From Calditrichaceae bacterium (GTDB lineage Bacteria > Calditrichota > Calditrichia > Calditrichales > JBFXGD01), in contig JBFXGD010000084.1 in the NCBI GenBank assembly GCA_050178385.1, positions 1 to 14,343 of the forward strand: a stretch of 14,343 nt of DNA, read 5' to 3'. Below are positions 7,412 to 14,343 of the stretch, piece by piece (the first letter of the stretch is position 1; each line of letters starts with the position of its first letter). The position numbers and the translations under genes are program-made. Under the pieces are notes generated by a model that saw nothing but the letters and a program-made list of their open reading frames with translations, was not told the DNA's origin and searched no databases.

Positions 7412-9100
7412 TTAATCCTCAGCACGGCCCGTCGGATGACAATTATAACAGGCGTTGCTTTCATAGGCATAATTCGTCACTTCTTTGTGTTTATCATTCA
7501 GATCGGCCTGATTGCTGTGCTCGTGACAGGTGATGCATTCAAAATGGGTATAATCATTGGCACTAACATGACAATCCGCGCAAGTATTCCATTCATCCTG
7601 ATGTTTCCCGCTATAAATGGGGAAATACTGGCCGTCATGATCCCAGTTTGCAGGCTGCCACGCGCTCATCGAATGACAATCTTCACAGGTTGACGGGAAT
7701 TGCGCCGCGGCATGATTTGGATCCGTTGTACTGTTATAAGCGCTCTCATGGCAAGGGAAGCAATCTGTCGGTGTATTTGTATAACCGGTGGAATGACATT
7801 CCGCGCAATTTACACTCACATGCGCACCAACCAACGGAAAATCGGTCTGATTGTGATCAAATGAAGAAGGCGTCCAGGCCGTTGTTGAATGGCAGACCGT
7901 GCAATCATGATCAAAATTAGCGGCAACATGGTCCGGATCGTTGACACTATTAAAATCGTTTTCATGGCAAGAGAAGCAATCTGTAGGGGTATTTGCATAA
8001 CCGGTGGAATGGCAATCTGAGCAATTAACGGTCGTATGTGCCCCGGTCAATGGGAAATTCGTCTGATTATGATCAAATGAAGAAGGTGTCCAGGCCGTTG
8101 TTGAATGACAGACCGTGCAGTCATGATCAAAATTAGCGGCGAGATGATCAGGATCTTTTACACCATTAAAATCCGCTTCGTGACAGGAAAAACAGTCAGT
8201 GGGCAACATGGAATACTGTCCGTCAATGTGACAGTCTGTGCAGGCCACATTTTTATGAGCGCCGGTTAATGGAAATCCGCTTGAGGCATGATCGAAATAA
8301 GCCGGAATCCACGCGGACTCTGTATGACAAATGCTGCACTCGGTGGAAAATTGTCCCTGAGTATGATCCGGCTCTCTCGTTGCATAGTAATCCGTTTCAT
8401 GACAGGCAAAACAGGTATTATCTATCCCGCTGAACTGTGTCTGATGGCAGCTGTTACAATCCGCTTTCAGGTGCGCTCCCCGCAGAGGAAATTCAGATGT
8501 ATGCTGATAATTTGTCCGTTCCCATGTGGATGAATTGAGCAAATGGCACTCGTCACACCGGTCGTCAAACTGAGCTTTTCGATGATCCGGATTCAGGGTT
8601 GTTTTGAAGAGCTCGCCATGACAATTTTCACATTCAATCGGCGTATTGGAAAATTCATTTCGCTGTTCGGTAAAATGACACGCCCTGCAATCCACTATGG
8701 AGTGAACCCCGACCAGCGGGAACCGGGTCTGATTATGCTGCTGAAAAAGCTCCTGACGGTTTTCCCAGGACTGCGGAGTATGACAGTTCTCGCAGTCAGC
8801 GCCGAATTCGTCTTTATGAATATCCTGATGACAATCGGCACAGGCGTGCCCTATGTGCGCGAATACCGGATTTTCATGACAACTCCCGCAATCGGCGAAG
8901 CGGTGCGCTCCGGTCAAGGGATATCCCGTTTGATTATGATCAAAATCTTTCCCGGGTTGAACATCAAACCAATCCGATGTGCTATGACAGGTTGTACAAT
9001 CTAATTTGATGTCCCCGTGGGGATTTTTCAGAACTTCCTGACCGTAAACATACGGCAAAATCAGTAAAGTGGTCATGACTGTAATGATGAATGCTTTCAT
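7412..9100 (-). CDS. Exported multiheme cytochrome c with 22 CxxCH motifs (acidic)
   Basis: 22 CxxCH counted by hand; repeating FDHxxTxFPLxGAH-x4-CxxCH tri-heme module; Sec signal MKAFIITVMTTLLILPYVYG|Q with no lipobox. ATG at 9100 preferred over the track's GTG at 9106. Confidence 0.95.
   Translation of the reverse strand: MKAFIITVMTTLLILPYVYGQEVLKNPHGDIKLDCTTCHSTSDWFDVQPGKDFDHNQTGYPLTGAHRFADCGSCHENPVFAHIGHACADCHQDIHKDEFGADCENCHTPQSWENRQELFQQHNQTRFPLVGVHSIVDCRACHFTEQRNEFSNTPIECENCHGELFKTTLNPDHRKAQFDDRCDECHLLNSSTWERTNYQHTSEFPLRGAHLKADCNSCHQTQFSGIDNTCFACHETDYYATREPDHTQGQFSTECSICHTESAWIPAYFDHASSGFPLTGAHKNVACTDCHIDGQYSMLPTDCFSCHEADFNGVKDPDHLAANFDHDCTVCHSTTAWTPSSFDHNQTNFPLTGAHTTVNCSDCHSTGYANTPTDCFSCHENDFNSVNDPDHVAANFDHDCTVCHSTTAWTPSSFDHNQTDFPLVGAHVSVNCAECHSTGYTNTPTDCFPCHESAYNSTTDPNHAAAQFPSTCEDCHSMSAWQPANWDHDGQYFPIYSGKHQDEWNTCADCHVSANDYTHFECITCHEHSNQADLNDKHKEVTNYAYESNACYNCHPTGRAED
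7763..8194 (-). repeat. Intragenic tandem duplication, 2 x 216 bp (72-aa tri-heme module)
   Basis: Units 8194-7979 and 7978-7763 are 61/72 identical in protein. The DNA cores 7845-7924 and 8061-8140 are 76/80 identical. Confidence 0.93.
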
Positions 9101-9108
9101 AGACACTC

Positions 9109-10788
9109 TCAGTTATTACTAATGATATTGGCGTGACAGGATTTGCATTCTGCCGACATTGGTTTGTAAACAGTGAAATTAGTCTCATTTTTAACCGCTT
9201 TTTTATGGCATTGTTCGCATCTTACCATCCGATGCGCCCCATCCAGTTTAAAAACGGAATCACGGTTATGATCAAATTTTTCAGCAAGCCAGTCCTTTGA
9301 TGTATGACAACGTTCACACCGGATTCCCGTGGTCACATCAGATTCCTGAAACTGTCCCAGATGAATATCCGTGTGACAGTCTTTACAAAGCGGAGTCATC
9401 CCGAGAAATTGAAGCCGCTCCAGCTCTGTGCCTTTCCGGATGGGCTGATGGCAGTCCCTGCATTTCGCGGAAAGGTGACGCCCTTCAAGCGGAAATTTTG
9501 TGGCCTGATGATCAAAATTAACCTGTGTCCAGCTATTGACGCTGTGACAATGTTCACACCCGTCCATATTTGTAAGAGCTGATTTTTTACTTAGAAAATT
9601 ATCAACTTCACCCTTATGGGGGTCTTTGTGACACTCTAAGCATCTGGTTGACGGATAAGCAAACCGGGTTTTGAGTTTTCCAGCGGAGAACACGCTTTTT
9701 TCATGGCAGGCCACACAAGGCACCGCCAGATGACTGCCCGTCAAAGGATAATCGGTTAAGCGATGCTGCTCGATGGTGAATTTTGAAGGGCTGAAACCAT
9801 TGACGGTATGGCATTCTTCACATGCCCCCTTCATCACTCTGCCGGCAAAATGGCCGTCATGGTAATCACTGTGACAATCGCTGCATTTTTGAAAACGAGC
9901 AATACGGACAGAGCGCCCGGGAAGATGACACTGGCTGCATTGAACCGCCGCATGTTTTCCGAGAAGAGGATAAGCAGTTTTATTATGATCAAATCCGGCA
10001 AGTTCTGTGCTTTTCCACCCGCCTGTATTATGACATTGCGCGCAGTTCTGCCCGAATTTATTCTGATGAATATCCGCGTGACAGTCCGTACAGGTATTAA
10101 ATGTCAACGGAGTGAATTTCAAATAATCGGGATCATTCGGGTACGCGTTATCTTTGATTGTCACGTGACATTTATCGCAGGCAGTTTGCCGGTGGAGTCC
10201 TGTTAATTTATATTTTGTTTTGTCGTGGTCAAACAGCGTCGCCGGTTTCCATGATTCCATCCCGTGGCATTTGACACATGTTTCTTTGATTTGTCCACGG
10301 TGCTCGTCATGGTGACAACTTACACAATCCCGGTTTAGTCCAAGAAATGTCCGGTTGAGATCTTTGCCCTTGCTTTTTAATTTTCCGGGATTTTTAATAT
10401 GGTTTTCCCGGTGACACTCTCCGCACTTCAAAGCGGCATGTTTCCCATCAAGCGAGTAACCGGTTAATGAATGATCGAAATTCTCCTCTCCGCCTTTCCA
10501 GTAAATCAGATCGTACTCCCGTCCCTGATGCTCAATATGACAATTTTCGCATCTGCGGTAATCTTTTCCGGCATGCAGTCCTTCCCCGTTTGAGATTCTT
10601 TCTTTTAACAGTACATGGCAGTTAAGACAATAATCATCCGAAAGCTGTTGACCAATTTCATGACATTGCGTGCAATTCATCACTCCCTCCAGATGGGCAT
10701 GTGATTTATGCAAATCTCCCGGTGATAACTGAGCGAAAACCGACGTCGCCAATATGAGCGAAAACCAGAAATATAAGATTCGATACAT
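9109..10788 (-). CDS. Periplasmic multiheme cytochrome c with 20 CxxCH motifs (basic)
   Basis: 20 CxxCH counted by hand; same FDHxxTx(F/Y)xLxGxH module; N-terminal SPGDLHKSHAHLEG; Sec signal ending SVFA|Q with no lipobox. Confidence 0.95.
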   Translation of the reverse strand: MYRILYFWFSLILATSVFAQLSPGDLHKSHAHLEGVMNCTQCHEIGQQLSDDYCLNCHVLLKERISNGEGLHAGKDYRRCENCHIEHQGREYDLIYWKGGEENFDHSLTGYSLDGKHAALKCGECHRENHIKNPGKLKSKGKDLNRTFLGLNRDCVSCHHDEHRGQIKETCVKCHGMESWKPATLFDHDKTKYKLTGLHRQTACDKCHVTIKDNAYPNDPDYLKFTPLTFNTCTDCHADIHQNKFGQNCAQCHNTGGWKSTELAGFDHNKTAYPLLGKHAAVQCSQCHLPGRSVRIARFQKCSDCHSDYHDGHFAGRVMKGACEECHTVNGFSPSKFTIEQHRLTDYPLTGSHLAVPCVACHEKSVFSAGKLKTRFAYPSTRCLECHKDPHKGEVDNFLSKKSALTNMDGCEHCHSVNSWTQVNFDHQATKFPLEGRHLSAKCRDCHQPIRKGTELERLQFLGMTPLCKDCHTDIHLGQFQESDVTTGIRCERCHTSKDWLAEKFDHNRDSVFKLDGAHRMVRCEQCHKKAVKNETNFTVYKPMSAECKSCHANIISNN

Positions 10789-10826
10789 AGATTGCCTGTT
10801 TTTTTTACCATTAAATTAATTAAAAA

Positions 10827-11741
10827 TCAGAAGATCCACCGATAGCCGAGAACAACCGTTACAATGATATGAATAATCATAATCAGGTACATAATGATCG
10901 CGAATGGTTTATGAAACACATGCCAGTGATGAAACAATTTATGTGTGCTGTTCCAAAGAGTCAAACGATGTCTGATCATCGCTTTCTGCCGGGCAGCCTT
11001 TAATATGGGATTCAGCTGATCGCCGGGAATATTAAATTTTTTACGAACCGCACGCTTGATATAAAATGAGCGGACTAACCGGATCACATCACCAGTTATC
11101 ATTGAAAACAATGTTCCGATTGCAGTCTTATGTGACTTTTCCCTGCCGATGATCATAGTTTCAATCTCATCGAGAGCCACATCTTCAAGCCAAAATTCAT
11201 TTCTCAGCCGCTCCGTCAACTGCCGATCCATTTCTTCCGCTTCGCTCAGCGTCAGCTCATGTCCTCTGATATTTCTCGGGATTTGCAGATACAGATAACG
11301 TCCTACGATGCCGCTCAGAGACACCGCGATCATCGACCAGAAACTGACAGCCACAAGGCCGTTCAGCTTGAACGTGGTATGAAGGATAATAAACAAGGGT
11401 CCCATTAATCCAAAATAGATATGTATATCAAGCCAGCGGCTAAGCGAGCCCCACTTTGAAAATGTCCTGAATCGTTTGCGGACGGAATAGAGCAGCATTA
11501 ATATCATCATTGACGAGCCAAGGATACCGAAACCGTGACCGAGTAATCCGCCCGGTTTCAGAATACGGTAGTCCGCATGACGCGGTCTGTCCGTATAAGA
11601 CAATAGATAGTAATTTAATCCGTCCATTAAATAATAAATAACGACCGCAAAAGTTGCGATATAAAGAAACGCGAGAAAAATTCTGAAGGATTTGCCCTGA
11701 GTGGTATTTTTCTTAGTCTGAATTGTCATCCGCCTGCTCAT
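10827..11741 (-). CDS. Inner-membrane di-heme cytochrome b-like protein (ferric reductase-like transmembrane domain)
   Basis: About 5 TM helices; two intramembrane His pairs H107-x13-H121 (WLDIHIYFGLMGPLFIILH) and H277-x13-H291 (WHVFHKPFAIIMYLIMIIH); YSVRKR cytoplasmic loop. Alternative start ATG 11729. Confidence 0.82.
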   Translation of the reverse strand: MSRRMTIQTKKNTTQGKSFRIFLAFLYIATFAVVIYYLMDGLNYYLLSYTDRPRHADYRILKPGGLLGHGFGILGSSMMILMLLYSVRKRFRTFSKWGSLSRWLDIHIYFGLMGPLFIILHTTFKLNGLVAVSFWSMIAVSLSGIVGRYLYLQIPRNIRGHELTLSEAEEMDRQLTERLRNEFWLEDVALDEIETMIIGREKSHKTAIGTLFSMITGDVIRLVRSFYIKRAVRKKFNIPGDQLNPILKAARQKAMIRHRLTLWNSTHKLFHHWHVFHKPFAIIMYLIMIIHIIVTVVLGYRWIF

Positions 11742-11770
11742 CTGTTTAAATACAGTTTCCGTAAAATGTT

Positions 11771-11786
11771 TGCAACAACCGTGCTA
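11771..11786 (-). promoter_or_regulatory. Candidate sigma-54 (-24/-12)-like promoter for the cytochrome cluster
   Basis: Minus strand TAGCACG-GTTG-TTGCA versus consensus TGGCACG-N4-TTGCW. Spacing is correct, with one mismatch in the normally invariant GG; about 30 bp upstream of the first gene. Confidence 0.4.
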
Positions 11787-12039
11787 ATAACAAAATTGAA
11801 GTACTATTTGAAAAATATTATTCGGTTATACCCTACCGGATTGTAGAATATAATTAGTTTTCAGCATCCATACAAATGCTTCACAACACAACCAACCAAT
11901 GAACGTTTATAATTTTAAACAATTAATTCCCCTCTGCAAATAAATGTTTAAAAACCGAAACGATGTAAAAAGTGGAAAATAATTACTCAGATTTACCGGA
12001 AATACTCATGGATCGAAATGTTTCCAAATTACTATATTT

Positions 12040-12705
12040 TTACTTCCTGTTCTGTAGTGCGTCCGATGCCATTTTTCCCCATTTTGAATCGGGAGCGGTC
12101 TCTGCGGCGAGTTTAAAATAATTTTCGCTTTCTTCCTTTTTATCCTCTTTTTCAAAAGCCTGCGCGTAATGATAATAGACCAGCGCTTTTAGCTCACGCG
12201 GTCCTGATTGAAATTTTTCACCTTCGATAATGTATTGGAAGTCAATAAAACAAAATTTCCGGCGTCCCAGAAAGCCAGGCAGATTTAAGCTGTTCATTGC
12301 CCTGACGAGACGAACGTTATGATCATCAGGAGCCATGGCGACCGCACTGTCCATTATTGCCGTGCCCTTTTTGACATGTTTGATTTTATTCCACGGCATA
12401 GCGGAATCCCTTCCGTACATGGAATAAACGCTTCCAAGATAGGCCTTAGCTAAGGCATTTGAAGGATTGATATCCAGAATATCTTTCAGATACTGTTCGC
12501 TTTTTTTTACAGCCTCCTTATCACCATCCGCGCCCTGGTCATGATAGATGACGGCTAATTTCAGCATGGTCTCAGAATCACCCGGATTATTTTTTAAAAC
12601 AGCTTTCAAAGAATCTTCTTTTGTTTGACTGTAACCGGGATGATTAAACAAAACAAGAATACTGATACTCATAAATAGAATTACTGATAGTTTAGACTTA
12701 TACAT
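12040..12705 (-). CDS. Secreted TPR-like alpha-helical protein of unknown function
   Basis: Signal peptide ending PGYS|Q; TPR-type patterns LKNNPGDSETMLKLAVIY, INPSNALAKAYLGSVY, AVAMAPDD and YYHYAQAF...YFKLAAETAPDS. Confidence 0.8.
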   Translation of the reverse strand: MYKSKLSVILFMSISILVLFNHPGYSQTKEDSLKAVLKNNPGDSETMLKLAVIYHDQGADGDKEAVKKSEQYLKDILDINPSNALAKAYLGSVYSMYGRDSAMPWNKIKHVKKGTAIMDSAVAMAPDDHNVRLVRAMNSLNLPGFLGRRKFCFIDFQYIIEGEKFQSGPRELKALVYYHYAQAFEKEDKKEESENYFKLAAETAPDSKWGKMASDALQNRK

Positions 12706-12982
12706 ACTTTTTTACCCACTAAAATGTACTATAACTGAATTTATGAATATGATTTCAACAAAAAATGACCCATATTCATTCCGTTATATTTAAAATAATC
12801 CCATATTGCTAAGATTAATTTTAGACATTTATATCAATTCGTCGAATTTTGTTTTGATGATTAAAAAAATTTGTTAAGTTTGACCATATCAGGAATTATG
12901 ACCGGAATTTGTTTTTGATGATCATAAATTTGAATAAAAAATAAATATTTTAAATGATGTACTAATTTTCAGGATAAAAAAA

Positions 12983-14068
12983 ATGCCACTTGTACCTGAA
13001 CACATTAAAACCCTGGAACCGTATAAAGCGGGAAAATCAATTGATGAGCTGAAAAGTGAATTAAAGCTAAAACGCATCGTAAAACTGGCATCGAATGAAA
13101 ATCCACTTGGATCTTCCCAAAGAGCGATTCAATCGATGATCGATTCACTCAAAAACATTCACCGTTACCCCAATCCGGCCAGTTTTGAATTACGTAAGGC
13201 GCTGGCGGACCGTTTCGATGTGAAAGTTGACAACGTTATTACCGGTCATGGTTCGGAAGGAATCATGTCGGTGATTATGCGAACATTTTTTCTTGACGAT
13301 GAAGAAGCGATCAGTTCCGAAGGAACATTTATCGGTTTCCGGGTGCTCGCCCATTCACGTGGAATCAAGCTCAGGACGGTGCCGCTCAAGGATTACAAGT
13401 TCGATTTAAACGCGATCGCGGAGCAGATTACAGAAAAAACGAAGATCATTTATCTCGCGAATCCCAACAACCCCACCGGTACGATTTTCACCGTCCGTGA
13501 ATTTCTGGAATTTATAAAAAAAGTACCCGATCATGTTTTAATCATACTTGATGAAGCCTATTTTGAGTTCGCTCAGCACGATCCGGTATATCCCGATTCT
13601 ATGAAATATCGTCTCGATAACGTGATCACATTACGAACGTTTTCCAAAGCATTCGGTCTCGCGGGGATTCGAATCGGTTACGGATTTGCTCACGACCATC
13701 TTATCAGCAACCTGATGAAGGTCAAGCTGCCTTTCGAACCCAGCGTACCCGCTCAGGCGGCGGGATTAGCCGCTATGGAAGATGAAGAATTTCTTGAGAA
13801 GTATCTCAAATTAAATTATCGCGGATTACAATATTTTTATCATTTGTTTGACCGGCTTGGCCTTCGCTATATAAAATCACACGCCAATTTTGTAACGATT
13901 ATCTTGGATTCTGAAGAACAGGTCAACAAGTTAAATGAAAAACTGCTTCATCAGGGAGTGATTGTCAGACCGCTTAAAGCATTTGGATTACCAAATTGCA
14001 TCCGGGTCACCACCGGTCTTGATGATGAGAACGAGTTTTTTGCCAAAGCGCTTGAAAGAGTGTTATAA
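12983..14068 (+). CDS. hisC: Histidinol-phosphate aminotransferase (PLP-dependent)
   Basis: KLASNENPLG, RYP, YLANPNNPTG, DEAYFEF, PLP-lysine motif RTFSKAFGLAGIRIGY, IRVTTG; AGGA RBS. An aromatic amino-acid aminotransferase paralog cannot be excluded. Confidence 0.9.
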   Translation: MPLVPEHIKTLEPYKAGKSIDELKSELKLKRIVKLASNENPLGSSQRAIQSMIDSLKNIHRYPNPASFELRKALADRFDVKVDNVITGHGSEGIMSVIMRTFFLDDEEAISSEGTFIGFRVLAHSRGIKLRTVPLKDYKFDLNAIAEQITEKTKIIYLANPNNPTGTIFTVREFLEFIKKVPDHVLIILDEAYFEFAQHDPVYPDSMKYRLDNVITLRTFSKAFGLAGIRIGYGFAHDHLISNLMKVKLPFEPSVPAQAAGLAAMEDEEFLEKYLKLNYRGLQYFYHLFDRLGLRYIKSHANFVTIILDSEEQVNKLNEKLLHQGVIVRPLKAFGLPNCIRVTTGLDDENEFFAKALERVL

Positions 14069-14079
14069 GTTTAATACCG

Positions 14080-14118
14080 ACCCGGGCTATGCACCAACAT
14101 AACCCGGGTTTATTTTTT
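14080..14118 (+). terminator. Intrinsic terminator after hisC, in the gap between convergent genes
   Basis: ACCCGGGCTATG-caccaa-CATAACCCGGGT, a 12-bp stem with 1 mismatch, followed by TTATTTTTT. Confidence 0.8.
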
Positions 14119-14144
14119 ACATTCATAGGCATCACCTATCCTAA

Positions 14145-14342
14145 CTATTCATTTATCTGATTACCATGTAAAATGCGTGTATAATTTCCGGCATGCTGGA
14201 TTATAAAAACATAATCTTCTTTACACCAGATACCATTAATTGTATCATTTAAGTCGTCTCCAAAATCCAATTCTTTCCAATTATCACCATTAAAGTGATA
14301 AAATGAACTTTGAAATCCACCGGCAAACACATTGTTGGGGGA
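14145..14342 (-). CDS. C-terminal end of a gene entering from the right edge; probable beta-propeller-type repeat protein
   Basis: Frame is open to the window edge: ...SPNNVFAGGFQSSFYHFNGDNWKELDFGDDLNDTINGIWCKEDYVFIIQHAGNYTRILHGNQINE*. The SxNNVFAxG...HFNGxxW pattern resembles propeller blades. The track's GTG start at 14330 is probably internal. Confidence 0.6.
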   Translation of the reverse strand, partial: SPNNVFAGGFQSSFYHFNGDNWKELDFGDDLNDTINGIWCKEDYVFIIQHAGNYTRILHGNQINE

Positions 14343-14343
14343 G

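Noticed and set aside
7763..8194. Repeat considered as a CRISPR array or mobile-element repeat
   Set aside because: It is an in-frame 216-bp coding duplication with synonymous divergence; no spacers, cas genes or transposase.
7436..10206. Plus-strand ORFs rich in MT/MA/MI (e.g. 8543-9004, 9808-10206) with apparent periodicity
   Set aside because: The periodic ATGACA/ATGGCA is simply the reverse complement of Cys-His codons in CxxCH motifs.
5796..10788. Naming the genes mtrA/mtrB/mtrC
   Set aside because: Heme counts (20 and 22 versus 10), the repeat module, the absence of a lipoprotein cytochrome and the shorter barrel with an extra N-domain do not fit; the analogy is architectural only.
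11742..11755. CTGT-N6-ACAG palindrome as a LexA box
   Set aside because: The spacer is 6 rather than the 8 of the E. coli box, and there is no SOS context.
12854..12925. TTGAT half-sites as FNR boxes
   Set aside because: No matching ATCAA at the required TTGAT-N4-ATCAA spacing.

Overview
Bacterial chromosomal window with no mobile element, CRISPR array or RNA gene detected. An FCB-type lineage such as Calditrichota, KSB1 or Ignavibacteria is plausible but only inferred. The left part is a minus-strand pstS-pstC-pstA-pstB-phoU phosphate uptake operon with an 11-bp-periodic Pho-box-like promoter; phoU is absent from the ORF track and runs off the left edge. The centre (4428-11741, minus) is a tightly packed five-gene cluster: a di-heme b membrane protein, a 20-heme cytochrome c, a 22-heme cytochrome c, an outer-membrane beta-barrel, and a membrane-anchored ferredoxin/FAD/NAD(P)H oxidoreductase. 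Together they look like a complete cytoplasm-to-surface electron conduit. The flavoprotein appears circularly permuted relative to thioredoxin reductase, lacks the CxxC disulfide, and has His at one Fe-S ligand position. The 22-heme protein carries a recent 216-bp tri-heme duplication. The right part holds a secreted TPR-like protein, a stand-alone hisC-like aminotransferase with a terminator, and the 3' end of a convergent gene.
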